This document shows positions 10,233 through 19,395 of a DNA stretch of 64,000 bases, piece by piece. Both the position numbers and the translations under genes were made by a program. Positions within the stretch are counted from its first letter, which is position 1. Every line of letters starts with the position of its first letter. The notes below the pieces were generated by a model. That model was not told where the DNA came from. It saw nothing but the letters and a program-made list of their open reading frames with translations, and did not search any database. Source of the DNA: a virus. The stretch is taken from positions 32,001-96,000 of IMG/VR virus record IMGVR_UViG_3300017991_000003. The stretch is one strand, 5' to 3'.

Positions 10233-10985
10233 ATGAGTAGCTACGTCAACTGGAGCTGGGCCTCCGAGCACGTTCAAACCGAGATCACTAACGGCGAGTA
10301 CGTCAGCTCGGAGAGCACCCTCGTGCTCGCCGGCCCGTCCCGGCTGTCGATGCTCTCGGGTGATGCTTCCGGCAACCTCTCCACCACGAACTCGGTCATC
10401 CCCTTGGGTCTGATCCAGAACATCGGCATCACGCAGCAGCGCCAGCTGAGCCGCCTGTTCGAGATCGGCTCCAAGCGCGCGTACTTCGTGCCCGGCCGCC
10501 TGTTCTCGAACTTCACCATCGGCCGGATCCTGTTCTACGGTCCCAGCCTCCTGCGCTTGCTCTACGCGCTGGCGCCGCTGAACGACTCGCAGCTGGGTAC
10601 GGTGGGTACGGACCTGAACGTCGACCCGGACAGTCAGGGCGATCCGATCTCGATCCCCACGGACTACGCGGATCTCTTCCAGAGCGGGCAGCTTCAACTG
10701 AAGCCGGGCTACGGTGGTACGATCGGCGAGGCCCAGAACCGGGACTTCTTCATCAACCTAGCCAGTGAGCTCTTCAACGTGCCCTTCGGCATGATCCTGG
10801 TGTTCAAGGACACCCGGAACCGCCCGTATGGCGCGGCCTTCCTCGAGGACTGCTACATCGAGACCCACCAGATGGGTGTCGACGCCAACGCCGTGGTGAT
10901 CGGTGAGTCGGCGACGGGTCAGTTCGACAGTGTGGCCCCGATCCAGCTGGCTACCCAGAGCTCGATCTACGGGCCGACCCCGTGA
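10233..10985 (+). CDS. Hypothetical structural protein (candidate tail tube)
   Basis: 250-aa ORF immediately downstream of the large structural gene; product by context only. Confidence 0.5.
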   Translation: MSSYVNWSWASEHVQTEITNGEYVSSESTLVLAGPSRLSMLSGDASGNLSTTNSVIPLGLIQNIGITQQRQLSRLFEIGSKRAYFVPGRLFSNFTIGRILFYGPSLLRLLYALAPLNDSQLGTVGTDLNVDPDSQGDPISIPTDYADLFQSGQLQLKPGYGGTIGEAQNRDFFINLASELFNVPFGMILVFKDTRNRPYGAAFLEDCYIETHQMGVDANAVVIGESATGQFDSVAPIQLATQSSIYGPTP

Positions 10986-10991
10986 GCTGAG

Positions 10992-11108
10992 ATGAACCTA
11001 ACAGCGGCGCTGATGCTCGGTGCCCTAGTGCTGGGGGTGGCTATCGTTCTCTTGGACGATCGCCGCTCCCAGCGGCGTAAACGGGCCAAAAGGAATAGGC
11101 GGAGCTAA
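10992..11108 (+). CDS. Small single-TM protein with basic C-terminal tail (38 aa, below ORF-track cutoff)
   Basis: ATG 10992 to TAA 11106-11108 translates MNLTAALMLGALVLGVAIVLLDDRRSQRRKRAKRNRRS; weak ribosome-binding site. Confidence 0.25.
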   Translation: MNLTAALMLGALVLGVAIVLLDDRRSQRRKRAKRNRRS

Positions 11109-11142
11109 AAAGAAGGAGAAGGGGGCTGCCGCTCCCTTCTCC
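11106..11142 (-). terminator. Putative intrinsic terminator for the minus-strand block
   Basis: 9-bp GC-rich stem 11115-11123/11134-11142 (GGAGAAGGG/CCCTTCTCC); on the minus strand it is followed by UUCUUUUU. Confidence 0.4.
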
Positions 11143-11174
11143 GTGCTCACCGAGGGCTTCTCGATAAGGGGCCG

Positions 11175-11516
11175 CTAGTCCCGGAGCAGTGCGACGCTCG
11201 CGAGGGCGTCGCGATGCCTGACCAGCTCACCGGTCGTAGGGAACCGCGTGATGCCGAGGAGTTTCAGGGCTTCCGTTGCGCTGTCCGCAATGGCCCAGAA
11301 CTGCTTACCATACGGGTCCGTGTACTGGTACAGGTTCACCACGGTCTCAGCGCGCTCGAACTCGTCCCAGGCATCTACACTCCCGATCCACTTGAGCGTG
11401 GACCAGTCGAGCTCGAAGGCAACATCCCGGTTCAGGAATTGATAGGGCCCTTGGGCCGCATCGGCCAGATTGAGGGCCACAACCAGATGCTGGTCTAGTT
11501 GATAGATCTGCATCAT
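11175..11516 (-). CDS. Hypothetical protein
   Basis: 113-aa ORF, last gene of minus-strand block. Confidence 0.55.
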   Translation of the reverse strand: MMQIYQLDQHLVVALNLADAAQGPYQFLNRDVAFELDWSTLKWIGSVDAWDEFERAETVVNLYQYTDPYGKQFWAIADSATEALKLLGITRFPTTGELVRHRDALASVALLRD

Positions 11517-11908
11517 AGGTGGATCCTCCGCTTCGGCTCCTCAGCCTGCTTACCCCGCGCCTCTCGGCAGGAGGTGCACAGGGCGACCTCGCCGGCCCAG
11601 GAGCCGGCGTCGTCGATCCACTGATCGATGATCTGACAGCCGCAGATCAGCGTCAGTGGCTCCGGCTTAGACTCGAAGAGCGGCTCCTCCTCGTCCTCCT
11701 TCGGAGGTGCGAAGAAGTTGCGGGGCCTGAAGGTGCCGCACACCTGCCCAGAGAGCAGGATGTGGTGCAGCAGCTCGTAGGAGCCGAGCCCTCGCCGGGA
11801 TCCACACGCGTCGCAGAAGTGAGCACGGGCCGGGTAGTGGTCCGGATCCATCTTCAACATCTGCTTGAGATACGCGAGATCGTCGGCCCTGCTGTCAGTC
11901 CGCGTCAT
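11513..11908 (-). CDS. Hypothetical Cys-rich protein
   Basis: 131-aa ORF with CDACGS...CGCQ...CTSC clusters. Confidence 0.55.
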   Translation of the reverse strand: MTRTDSRADDLAYLKQMLKMDPDHYPARAHFCDACGSRRGLGSYELLHHILLSGQVCGTFRPRNFFAPPKEDEEEPLFESKPEPLTLICGCQIIDQWIDDAGSWAGEVALCTSCREARGKQAEEPKRRIHL

Positions 11909-12132
11909 TGCGCCCTCCTGGGCCAGTGCTGGCGGCAGAGCCGCTCAGCGTAGGCCTCAAGGGCCGCGGCCCGGTTGGCCTCGGCCGTGGCGATGCCCTC
12001 GGCCAGCTCCTCGCTGAGACCCTTGGCGGTCTCGACGTCGAGCTGGTCCTGCCGGGCCAGGAACGCCGTCACCGAGGTGACGTGTTCCTGAACGGAGGGG
12101 TGCTGGACCACACCGAGGCGTGGCACCCTCAC
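11905..12132 (-). CDS. Hypothetical small protein (start uncertain)
   Basis: Only the C-terminal ~75 codons look protein-like; candidate GTG at 12130-12132 preceded by GAGGTGA; the track ORF extends further into the upstream gene. Confidence 0.35.
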   Translation of the reverse strand: MRVPRLGVVQHPSVQEHVTSVTAFLARQDQLDVETAKGLSEELAEGIATAEANRAAALEAYAERLCRQHWPRRAQ

Positions 12133-12554
12133 CGGGTCACCTCGTCGATGTAGTCCTTGATGGGCTTGTCCATCTCGATGGCGGCCTTCATGGCCGCCCA
12201 GATTTTGTCCGCATCCGCAAGCCGAAGGACCACACAGGTCCCGTAGATCGCGATGACGCTGAGCATCAGCGCGGCGGAGCCGACCACGGCGCTCGTAGTC
12301 CACCACATCCACGTGGGAAGCGGCAGGATCGTCAGGTCGTACACGCCGGCGACGACCACGATCGTGTAGACCGCGACCAGGGTCGCCACGATGGCGTACG
12401 CGGAGCGGTTGAGGTCCTTGAGGACCCCGGCGTGCATCAGCACGATGCTGATCACGCAGGTCGCCGACACGACCAGACCCGTGTTGGGGCCCAGTCCGAA
12501 GAAGGCGACGACGGCCCAGAACAGGCCGTACAGGGTGTTGAAGGTGCGCGACAT
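12129..12554 (-). CDS. Integral membrane protein (about 4 TM helices)
   Basis: Hydrophobic helices throughout; start taken at internal Met (MSRTFNTLYGLFW) rather than the track start at 12620. Confidence 0.55.
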   Translation of the reverse strand: MSRTFNTLYGLFWAVVAFFGLGPNTGLVVSATCVISIVLMHAGVLKDLNRSAYAIVATLVAVYTIVVVAGVYDLTILPLPTWMWWTTSAVVGSAALMLSVIAIYGTCVVLRLADADKIWAAMKAAIEMDKPIKDYIDEVTR

Positions 12555-12716
12555 GGTCGGCCTCCAGTGTTGGGGTGATGATGGTGCCGGGGTAGACATT
12601 CCCCGGATCACTAAACTCATGCCCGAACCCTCGCTTGTTCTGGCGCTTTTGGGTACCTACACTTCTTGTCGATGATGAGTCGGCGCCTCTGCGGGGCGGC
12701 TTCTTTCATGGGCAGG

Positions 12717-12750
12717 GCCTCGACGCAGCGGCAGCGTCGGGGCCCTATTT
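12717..12750 (+). terminator. Terminator-like stem-loop oriented on the plus strand
   Basis: Stem 12717-12725/12733-12741 followed by CCCTATTTTGT; T-run weak and displaced. Confidence 0.25.
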
Positions 12751-12770
12751 TGTGGCACTGGCTCCCAGTG

Positions 12771-13619
12771 TCAGAGATTGGGATCGATGTCCTCGAGCAG
12801 CACCCACAGCTCTCGAAGCCCCTCGTTCTCGATCTGCCTCACACGCTCCCGAGTCCGCCGGTAGAAGCGTGCGAGCTCCCCATAGGGGGTCGGGTTCTCG
12901 TGCCCGAACCCGTAGTGCCGGCGGATGATGTCCTCAGCCTCCGGCTTCAGCTGCGCCAGGGCCCAGTTCAAGAGGTCCCGGTTCTCCTGATTGATGACCC
13001 GATCGAGCATCGCCGGGGCCGGTCCTAGCTGAACCCCCTGCGCTGTGTCCTGGGTGAGCCGGCCGCACGCCTCGGTGATCTCGGTGTCCAGGGTCACCAA
13101 CCGACTATCCCGAGCGTGCCTGTACTTCCGGATCTTGTCCGGGTCCCAGCCGAGCTCCTCGAAGATCTCCTCCTCGTCCGGGTAGTAGCCGTTGGTCTTC
13201 AACATCCGGTACGCCTTGGTCTGGTAGTCGGTGACCAGGGACCGGTGGCGAATAGGCTTGGCTGAGAGGTTGCGGTACTCCCGACGGACCTCGGCGTCGA
13301 TCCACCAGACGGCGTAGGTACTGAACTTGACGTGGCTCTTCGTGCCCTTGACGACCCGGTCAAGGTCGAAATCCCTGAGCGCCTTCATAAGCCCCACGAA
13401 CCCCGCGGAGATCATGTCGTGATAGCGCGCGTCCTTGGCCTCGACGAAGCGCTGCACTCGTCGGATTACCAGGCGGACATTGTGTTCGACCAGCCGCTGA
13501 GCTGCGGCATCATCCCCCTCGCGTAGCGCTTTGACGAGCAGCTCGCGTTCTTCCTCCTTCGACAGGACTGGGTGATCAGCTGCCTTGTGTAGGGCGATCT
13601 CGTCGAAGGACCAGTCCAC
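12771..13619 (-). CDS. RNA polymerase sigma factor, sigma-70 family
   Basis: Region 2-like segment (YHDMISAGFVGLMKALRDFD), region 3 and region 4 HTH (RTRERVRQIENEGLRELW). Confidence 0.8.
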   Translation of the reverse strand: MDWSFDEIALHKAADHPVLSKEEERELLVKALREGDDAAAQRLVEHNVRLVIRRVQRFVEAKDARYHDMISAGFVGLMKALRDFDLDRVVKGTKSHVKFSTYAVWWIDAEVRREYRNLSAKPIRHRSLVTDYQTKAYRMLKTNGYYPDEEEIFEELGWDPDKIRKYRHARDSRLVTLDTEITEACGRLTQDTAQGVQLGPAPAMLDRVINQENRDLLNWALAQLKPEAEDIIRRHYGFGHENPTPYGELARFYRRTRERVRQIENEGLRELWVLLEDIDPNL

Positions 13620-13620
13620 G

Positions 13621-14067
13621 TCAACAGCCGAACGTGTCGAGGAGAGCCTTTGCGATGCGGCGCAAAGTCTCCTTCTCGCGTAGGCGTGGTACCCCGAGAA
13701 GGACGAAGTCGTACTGGTTACGGAAGAGGGGACTCACGCCAGCCTCGGCTTGGGTCCCCTGGATATTCAGCTTGCGAGCCACGAGATCATAGAGGTATGC
13801 ACTGAGCTCCTCTAGATCCGCAGACACGATCTGCTTGAAGTGGATGAACACCTTGGATTGATCGCCCAAGGCCTGTGTTCCAATGTGAGCCTGGTAGCGC
13901 CGGCCGCCGCTGCTCTGAAGCTCCAGAACATCGGGGACGACTGCCACGCCTTTAGCCCCCTCGTAGAGGCTGGCGTCTTCAAGAGCCTTGGCGTCTTCAA
14001 GAGCGTTTTTCCACTCCTTAGATCCGGGCTTGATGACGGAGAAGGACGGGTCAGGTGTCGAGGACAT
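13621..14067 (-). CDS. Hypothetical protein
   Basis: 148-aa ORF. Confidence 0.55.
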   Translation of the reverse strand: MSSTPDPSFSVIKPGSKEWKNALEDAKALEDASLYEGAKGVAVVPDVLELQSSGGRRYQAHIGTQALGDQSKVFIHFKQIVSADLEELSAYLYDLVARKLNIQGTQAEAGVSPLFRNQYDFVLLGVPRLREKETLRRIAKALLDTFGC

Positions 14068-14359
14068 CGTTGTGCCTCAGGATGCGGGCGATGATGTCTT
14101 CGCCCTGGTAGAAGAGCTCAACCCAGTAATCGTCGGGTTTTCGAGCCAACTGGCGCTCAATCCCTAGACCGAGGAGATGAGATGCACTATTGCAGTAGAC
14201 CTCAAGCTCCCAGGCTTTGTCAACAAACTGTTGCAACCACCTAGGGGGAGCGTAGAAGGTAACCACCGGGCCTTTCTTTCGGCTAGCCCCAGGGACGCGT
14301 GCTTGTGGGAGGAGGCTGTCGAGCGTACCGTCTAGGTAAGCCTCCTCAGCGAGCCACAT
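14051..14359 (-). CDS. Hypothetical protein (start uncertain)
   Basis: Track ORF reaches 14599 but its 5-prime part overlaps the zinc-ribbon gene; internal ATG at 14357-14359 chosen. Confidence 0.4.
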   Translation of the reverse strand: MWLAEEAYLDGTLDSLLPQARVPGASRKKGPVVTFYAPPRWLQQFVDKAWELEVYCNSASHLLGLGIERQLARKPDDYWVELFYQGEDIIARILRHNDVLDT

Positions 14360-14465
14360 GATAGGCCCGCTCGCGGCCCGGTCCGCCTTCTTCAGGATGC
14401 GTAGAAGGCGTTTCTTGGTCGGGGCGGTCAAAAACGCCCGACAGTCTTGACCAGTGCTTCGGTAG

Positions 14466-14678
14466 CTAGTGCCGAATGGCCTGGAAACCGTGCCCGCAGG
14501 AGGCGCAGCAGTAGGACTCTCGGACATGGGTCCCGAGCCTAGCTGCCTCAGCCATCTTCTGTAGGTCTCGATCTCCCTGTTCCTCGAGCTGTCCGACATC
14601 CGTAGCCTCGCGGCTGGGGGCAGGCGTGCAGTCTGCGCTGTTGCATTCAGGGCAGGAAACGACTCCGTACTTCTCCAT
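14466..14678 (-). CDS. Small zinc-ribbon protein
   Basis: 70 aa with CPEC...CASC; GC3 about 70 percent by hand count; 2-nt gap to the resolvase gene. Confidence 0.5.
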   Translation of the reverse strand: MEKYGVVSCPECNSADCTPAPSREATDVGQLEEQGDRDLQKMAEAARLGTHVRESYCCASCGHGFQAIRH

Positions 14679-14680
14679 GT

Positions 14681-15208
14681 TCAGTCTTCGCTAGCAGCTT
14701 GTTGTCGACGGACCTCCGCAGATGCAGCGTAGCAGAGCACCATCGCATCCGAGATGTCCTCGTGGGCTTTGGGCACACCATCAGGATAGCCCAAATCGGC
14801 CAAGTCATCGGAAAACCGTTCATTCATTCGAGCCCGCGCCCCGTCCTTATCCTTGGCCTTGACGCGACTGCGGGCCGTCTTAGCTGTGATCAGGACCGGC
14901 TCGTAACCCGCTCGGGCGACCTCCGACATCACGGCCCCGATAGCCATGGCGACCTTGCCCATGGATGATAGGTTCCTGGCGTGCTTGTTGAACTTCAAGT
15001 CCTCGATGATCACGTGATCCGGGTTCCACTTGGCGAGCACCTCCCGCACCCGCTTCCCTAGCTGCCCGATCCGAGCAGCGAAGGTGTCCTTGGCGCGCAA
15101 CCGAAGGAGCTCGACATGCAGCATCTCCCACTCATCGCTCTCATCCATCCGCATCAAGGCCACCCCTGTTTTGAGGCTGCCGCAGTCGAATCCCATTACA
15201 ACGGTCAT
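14681..15208 (-). CDS. RuvC-like Holliday junction resolvase
   Basis: GFDCGSLKTG, HVIIEDL and DAMVL segments align with the RuvC catalytic motifs. Confidence 0.8.
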   Translation of the reverse strand: MTVVMGFDCGSLKTGVALMRMDESDEWEMLHVELLRLRAKDTFAARIGQLGKRVREVLAKWNPDHVIIEDLKFNKHARNLSSMGKVAMAIGAVMSEVARAGYEPVLITAKTARSRVKAKDKDGARARMNERFSDDLADLGYPDGVPKAHEDISDAMVLCYAASAEVRRQQAASED

Positions 15209-15609
15209 TCACGCCCCCCGGCTCCTCGGCCGCGGTTACGGATGGCCCGCTGAATGGCCTCTCGCCGGCTCGGCGGGATCTTGTGCAGGGGGAGCTCGAC
15301 CGGAGCTTCGGGGACCTTCTGGAAGGGCAGGTCACCGAAGATCTTGATCAGGGATCCAAGAACGTCTTGAGCATTCATCGTGTCGAGACGCCCATCGACC
15401 ATGGAGATCGGCAGCTCGAAGGTCATCGGCTGATCGAACGGGGTCAAGTAGTGCATTCGGAGCCCCATGTGCTCCTCATCACCTTCGGGGGCGATGTTCG
15501 TCACGTGACACCAGATGAACCAGCCGGTCACGTGGATACCGGAGGCGCCGAATCGAATGTCCTTGGAGCTGAAGGTCCAGAAAGGCTTAGGAGCGTTGGG
15601 GTTATCCAT
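15205..15609 (-). CDS. Hypothetical protein
   Basis: 134-aa ORF. Confidence 0.55.
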   Translation of the reverse strand: MDNPNAPKPFWTFSSKDIRFGASGIHVTGWFIWCHVTNIAPEGDEEHMGLRMHYLTPFDQPMTFELPISMVDGRLDTMNAQDVLGSLIKIFGDLPFQKVPEAPVELPLHKIPPSRREAIQRAIRNRGRGAGGRE

Positions 15610-15668
15610 AGCTAAAAGAGAGGAAGGGGCGAGGCCGGCACCCCGAAGGGCGCCGACCTCTGGGGGAC

Positions 15669-17387
15669 TCAGATGATCGCGTTCCAGTCGACGATGACAC
15701 CGGCCTCGTCGAGCAAGTCGTAGAACCAGGTCACGACGTGGACGTAAGCACCTAGCGGGTCCTTGGGGTGGCGCTTCTGGGCCTCCTCGCGCTTGGCACC
15801 GAACTCGTCGGTCTTGGCCAGCTTGTGCTTCTTGCAGGTCTGGCCGAGCAGGCTGAGCAGGGCACGCTGCTGAGTGGAGTTGAGCTTCGAGTAGTCAGGG
15901 CGCACGTTCTCGTCGAACGGCTCCTCTTCTTCCTCTTCTTCCTCTTCCTCCTCCTCGCCAGGCTCCTCCTCGTCCTCCTCCTCAAGATCGTCGAGCTCCT
16001 CATCGCTGGGCTCTTCTTCGTCGAGGTCCTCCTCGTCGAGCTCCTCGTCTTCTTCCTCGTCAGGCTCCTCCTCGTCGAGGTCCTCGTCTTCTTCCTCCTC
16101 CTCGTCGAGGTCCTCCTCGTCGTCTAGCTCCTCCTCGAGCTCTTCTTCTTCGAGCTCCTCGAGCTCCTCGAGCTCCTCCTCTTCTTCCTCCACATCAGGG
16201 GCGGAGGCAGCAACCGGAGCCTCCCGCTTGCCGATCATGTCGTCAGGCGGGATAGGGGTGTGAAGAGGGCCGGAGACAGCGATAGGGAACGCGCGGATCG
16301 TGTCCTCGGGAACGCCGAGCGTATCCGCGGCCTCCGCGAGGCTGGTGGCCAGCACGTAGCGCAGCGTGTCGGAGCCGTCCTCGTCTTGGCTGTAGGCCTG
16401 GTACACGGCATGGACCGACGGGAGCCCGATATGCTCTTGCATGTAGTTGGGGTCACCATCGGGCGCGACGAAGACAGCGCTGACGCCCGGGCAGCAACGC
16501 TCAGCCGCTTCTTTGAGGCGCATCAGGCCCACGGCCCGCCACGCATCGTCAGCGCCTTCGGTCAGGTGCGAGGACGCGGCCACGAGGGCCTCGATCATCA
16601 CATCACCGTCGGTCGGCCAGCGGTCAGAGTCGTCAGTACCGGACGCGGCCCGCTTGAGCAGCTCCTGGTAGGAGTAGTAGAGGTCCAGCTGCGGCTGGGT
16701 GAGTCGGAGCTTGAGCTCGCGGTACTTGGCCTCGCCGGGCTCGAGCCCCTCGTCCTCCTCGTCGTTCATGTCCTGGATCGCCTGCTGCACCCGGCGCTTG
16801 AGGTCTGCGGAGCGCAGCGCGTGCGGGTGACCCAGGGGCTCGCAGAAGGGCAGCCACTCGGAGATGTTGTCCTCGTGGATAGCGCCGGCGCGGACGCCCG
16901 GGCTCAGCTCGACAAGCCGGTCCCAGACCACGTGGCGCAGGACGGCGGGGTTCAGGCTCAGCGACAGCAGCATGGCCCACTGGCCTGCTAGCTGGTTGGC
17001 CTTGGCCGGGTTCATGTTGAGCCGCATGTCCGCGACCTGCTCGAAGCTCTCGGCGGCCGGCAGATCACCGACAGGAGCCGCGACCTCGATCCACGCACCT
17101 TCTCGCAGGTTGAACAGGTGGCAGGCCAGCTCAGCAGTCTGAGCGCCTCGGGCCTGCTGGAGCTCGACACACCGGTCCAGACGCTTGATCGCCGGGAGCT
17201 TGCCGGTGCCGGCGAAGGGGGCTCGCTGCCCCTGTAGGAGGTTCTGGGTTGCGTACTCGGCGCGCTCTTGAGCCTCTTCGAGGGCCACCAGTGCGGCGTT
17301 CTCGGAGCCCGGCTGCGGTTGGGTAGTCGGCGCAGCAGCCGCTTTCTTCTTCGTGGCCTTCTTGGCGGCCTTCTTTTTCTTAGCCAT
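15669..17387 (-). CDS. Hypothetical protein with Lys-rich N-terminal tail and long polyacidic tract
   Basis: Start taken at MAKKKKAAKKATKKK (ATG 17385-17387); about 110 residues of nearly pure Glu/Asp/Leu. Confidence 0.65.
   Translation of the reverse strand: MAKKKKAAKKATKKKAAAAPTTQPQPGSENAALVALEEAQERAEYATQNLLQGQRAPFAGTGKLPAIKRLDRCVELQQARGAQTAELACHLFNLREGAWIEVAAPVGDLPAAESFEQVADMRLNMNPAKANQLAGQWAMLLSLSLNPAVLRHVVWDRLVELSPGVRAGAIHEDNISEWLPFCEPLGHPHALRSADLKRRVQQAIQDMNDEEDEGLEPGEAKYRELKLRLTQPQLDLYYSYQELLKRAASGTDDSDRWPTDGDVMIEALVAASSHLTEGADDAWRAVGLMRLKEAAERCCPGVSAVFVAPDGDPNYMQEHIGLPSVHAVYQAYSQDEDGSDTLRYVLATSLAEAADTLGVPEDTIRAFPIAVSGPLHTPIPPDDMIGKREAPVAASAPDVEEEEEELEELEELEEEELEEELDDEEDLDEEEEEDEDLDEEEPDEEEDEELDEEDLDEEEPSDEELDDLEEEDEEEPGEEEEEEEEEEEEPFDENVRPDYSKLNSTQQRALLSLLGQTCKKHKLAKTDEFGAKREEAQKRHPKDPLGAYVHVVTWFYDLLDEAGVIVDWNAII
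15921..16192. repeat. Low-complexity GAG/GAA/GAC codon tract encoding the polyacidic region
   Basis: Plus strand is CTC/TTC/GTC-rich with internal direct repeats. Confidence 0.8.
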
Positions 17388-18429
17388 GGGCGGGGGTCTT
17401 CTTCTTCTTGGTTCTTTTGTAGGGGAAGCAGTCAAGGCGGTTGCGGCATCGCTTGGCCTTGGCGGTGTTGCGGCTAGAGCAGGCCTTCGGGCCAGCTAGG
17501 GGCTGTCCAAGCTCTACGAGGCGATGGACAGAGTCGATGTAGGGGTCGACGACCATGGGCAGGAAGTCGGGGTCATAGGCGATCTCGTAGGCCCGGTCGG
17601 CAAGTCGGTCCCTGTCAAGATATAGCAACGAAGTGCCCTCACAGAGGTCAGGATCTAGCGGAAAGATTCCTTGACGCCCCTGCTCGACCAAGATGGCCGG
17701 GTAGAGCTTGCCTTGGTAGGTGTCCTTCTCCAGAGGGAGCGGGCCCTGCCGGGGCTTGAGCACGAAGGTTCCGGGCTCTTTGCCCCGGACGCGCGACATA
17801 CTGTCGAACTGGTCCCGCTCCTTGCTCTTCATCTCCAGCACTCGCCAGTGCCCGGTGGGCTTGATCCAGATACCGTCAGCACGGCCGCGGATCATCCACG
17901 CGTCACCGCGATTCTTGGGGTCGGGCCGACGAATGCGGATCTCCTCGTAGCGCCATCTGACACGCTCCCGGGCTAGGACCCGATCGCAGTTGTTCTCGTG
18001 GACTACCCCATCCGCATCACGGTAGGCGACGGTGTTGGTGCACACCTCCTCGGGCCTGAACCCTTCGACGACCTGGTGACAGCTCATACACCTCCACAGG
18101 CCCCAGAGGCGCCCGACGTCGCCTGTGATCTCAGGTAGGATCACGGACTGGAAGTGGTCATGAACAGCGTGCCCAGCTGCGAACAAGCGTAGCGCCTGGG
18201 GACTAAAGCCCTGAGCGTCGCCCCACATATCGTGGAGGCGCTTGAAAGCGTCTTGGACCATACACCCGTTGCAGAGGCTGCTTGGGTTGAAGGCTCTGGA
18301 GACATACCCCTCACGCTCTTCTCGACGGAGAAGCGCCTGGTCGATGGCCGGCGTCCAAGACTGATCGGCCTCGACCCTCGTCGTCATCTTGCAGATGAAG
18401 TCGACGATGTCTTGTGTGAAGGTGTTCAC
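17380..18429 (-). CDS. Putative PD-(D/E)xK-type nuclease-like protein with Cys clusters
   Basis: 349 aa; CNGC and CMSC pairs plus D...E-x-K-like RADGIWIK...VLEMKSK; weak assignment. Confidence 0.5.
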   Translation of the reverse strand: MNTFTQDIVDFICKMTTRVEADQSWTPAIDQALLRREEREGYVSRAFNPSSLCNGCMVQDAFKRLHDMWGDAQGFSPQALRLFAAGHAVHDHFQSVILPEITGDVGRLWGLWRCMSCHQVVEGFRPEEVCTNTVAYRDADGVVHENNCDRVLARERVRWRYEEIRIRRPDPKNRGDAWMIRGRADGIWIKPTGHWRVLEMKSKERDQFDSMSRVRGKEPGTFVLKPRQGPLPLEKDTYQGKLYPAILVEQGRQGIFPLDPDLCEGTSLLYLDRDRLADRAYEIAYDPDFLPMVVDPYIDSVHRLVELGQPLAGPKACSSRNTAKAKRCRNRLDCFPYKRTKKKKTPAHG

Positions 18430-18430
18430 G

Positions 18431-18667
18431 CTACTCCTCGTTGAGTCCCTCAGGTGCCCAACTGAACGCGCCTCGGATCTCCCGAGGGGTTGCAGCTTCT
18501 TTCAAGTTGCCGATCTCGGCTACACCCACACGGTCCTCCTCAGGCTGCTCCTTGCCCGGGTCGGCGAGGAGGACTACGTTACCTGAGGGCGATACGAAGA
18601 TGTGGTACGGCTGCTCCGGTTGATCGGCGTAGGCGGCCGCGACCTTGGCGATTAGCTCTTGTTCCAT
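18431..18667 (-). CDS. Hypothetical acidic small protein
   Basis: 78-aa ORF between nuclease-like gene and kinase gene. Confidence 0.45.
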   Translation of the reverse strand: MEQELIAKVAAAYADQPEQPYHIFVSPSGNVVLLADPGKEQPEEDRVGVAEIGNLKEAATPREIRGAFSWAPEGLNEE

Positions 18668-19395
18668 GCGTAGTGTCTCTGTAGGTGGATGAAGGCGAGG
18701 GCTGCGGCTTCGGCAGCGTCGTACTCTTTGTCGATGTACAACCAGTTCTTGAAGCGGTTGTTGAAGGCTTGTCGATCCGGGTTTGACATGGCCCGCGCCA
18801 TCTCGGCCTCAAGCCTCGGGTCCCGAGCGGTCGGATCTAGGTTGTCGCGGCCAGGGCCTAGTAGCCCCTCCAAAGCTATGTAGAGGTGCCTCACGTGCCG
18901 GTGCTGCCCTAGGTCTGTGAAGTGGTCCTCAGGGCCTTGGTGCCCGTGAGATCCGGTCATCACGATCACCTGATCGAAGGACTCGTCTACCAAGGATCTG
19001 TAGGCCGTCCAGATGGCGCGAACCATGGTAGGGCCTCCTTTCATGAACCCTTGATAGATCAACGTGGTCAAGATTGATCGGTCGCGCAGAGCAACAGGGA
19101 TCTCACCTCCAGCTGATACAAACCCGGCCCACTCCTGCACCTGCACCGCTGTCTGTGCCATCCCTGCGATGAACAGAGCGGCGCTGGCCTGAGTACAAGG
19201 GATCTGCGACTCACCCGTACCCCCCGTCGCCTGGCCGTGGAGCACTAGCTCCCGGAGGCCTTGGATGCTATCCCCCGGTTCCCGGAAGACTCGAGCCTTC
19301 CACCCCCCGACGTTGTTGTTGATGTCGTCGCAGAGGGATTGAGCTAGGGTGCTCTTCCCGCTGCCGTCAGGGCCTTCGAGGATGATCTGGTGCAT
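18652..19395 (-). CDS. Thymidylate (dTMP) kinase-like protein
   Basis: P-loop IILEGPDGSGKST and downstream DRS...IYQG characteristic of thymidylate kinases. Confidence 0.65.
   Translation of the reverse strand: MHQIILEGPDGSGKSTLAQSLCDDINNNVGGWKARVFREPGDSIQGLRELVLHGQATGGTGESQIPCTQASAALFIAGMAQTAVQVQEWAGFVSAGGEIPVALRDRSILTTLIYQGFMKGGPTMVRAIWTAYRSLVDESFDQVIVMTGSHGHQGPEDHFTDLGQHRHVRHLYIALEGLLGPGRDNLDPTARDPRLEAEMARAMSNPDRQAFNNRFKNWLYIDKEYDAAEAAALAFIHLQRHYAWNKS

Noticed and set aside
8778-10697. 639-aa ORF on the minus strand antisense to the 1085-aa structural gene
   Set aside because: Arg/Gly/Asp/Val-rich, low-complexity translation typical of an off-frame ORF in high-GC DNA; the sense gene has ordinary composition
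16260-16991. 243-aa plus-strand ORF antisense to the polyacidic protein gene
   Set aside because: Mirror-image low-complexity translation of the acidic tract on the opposite strand
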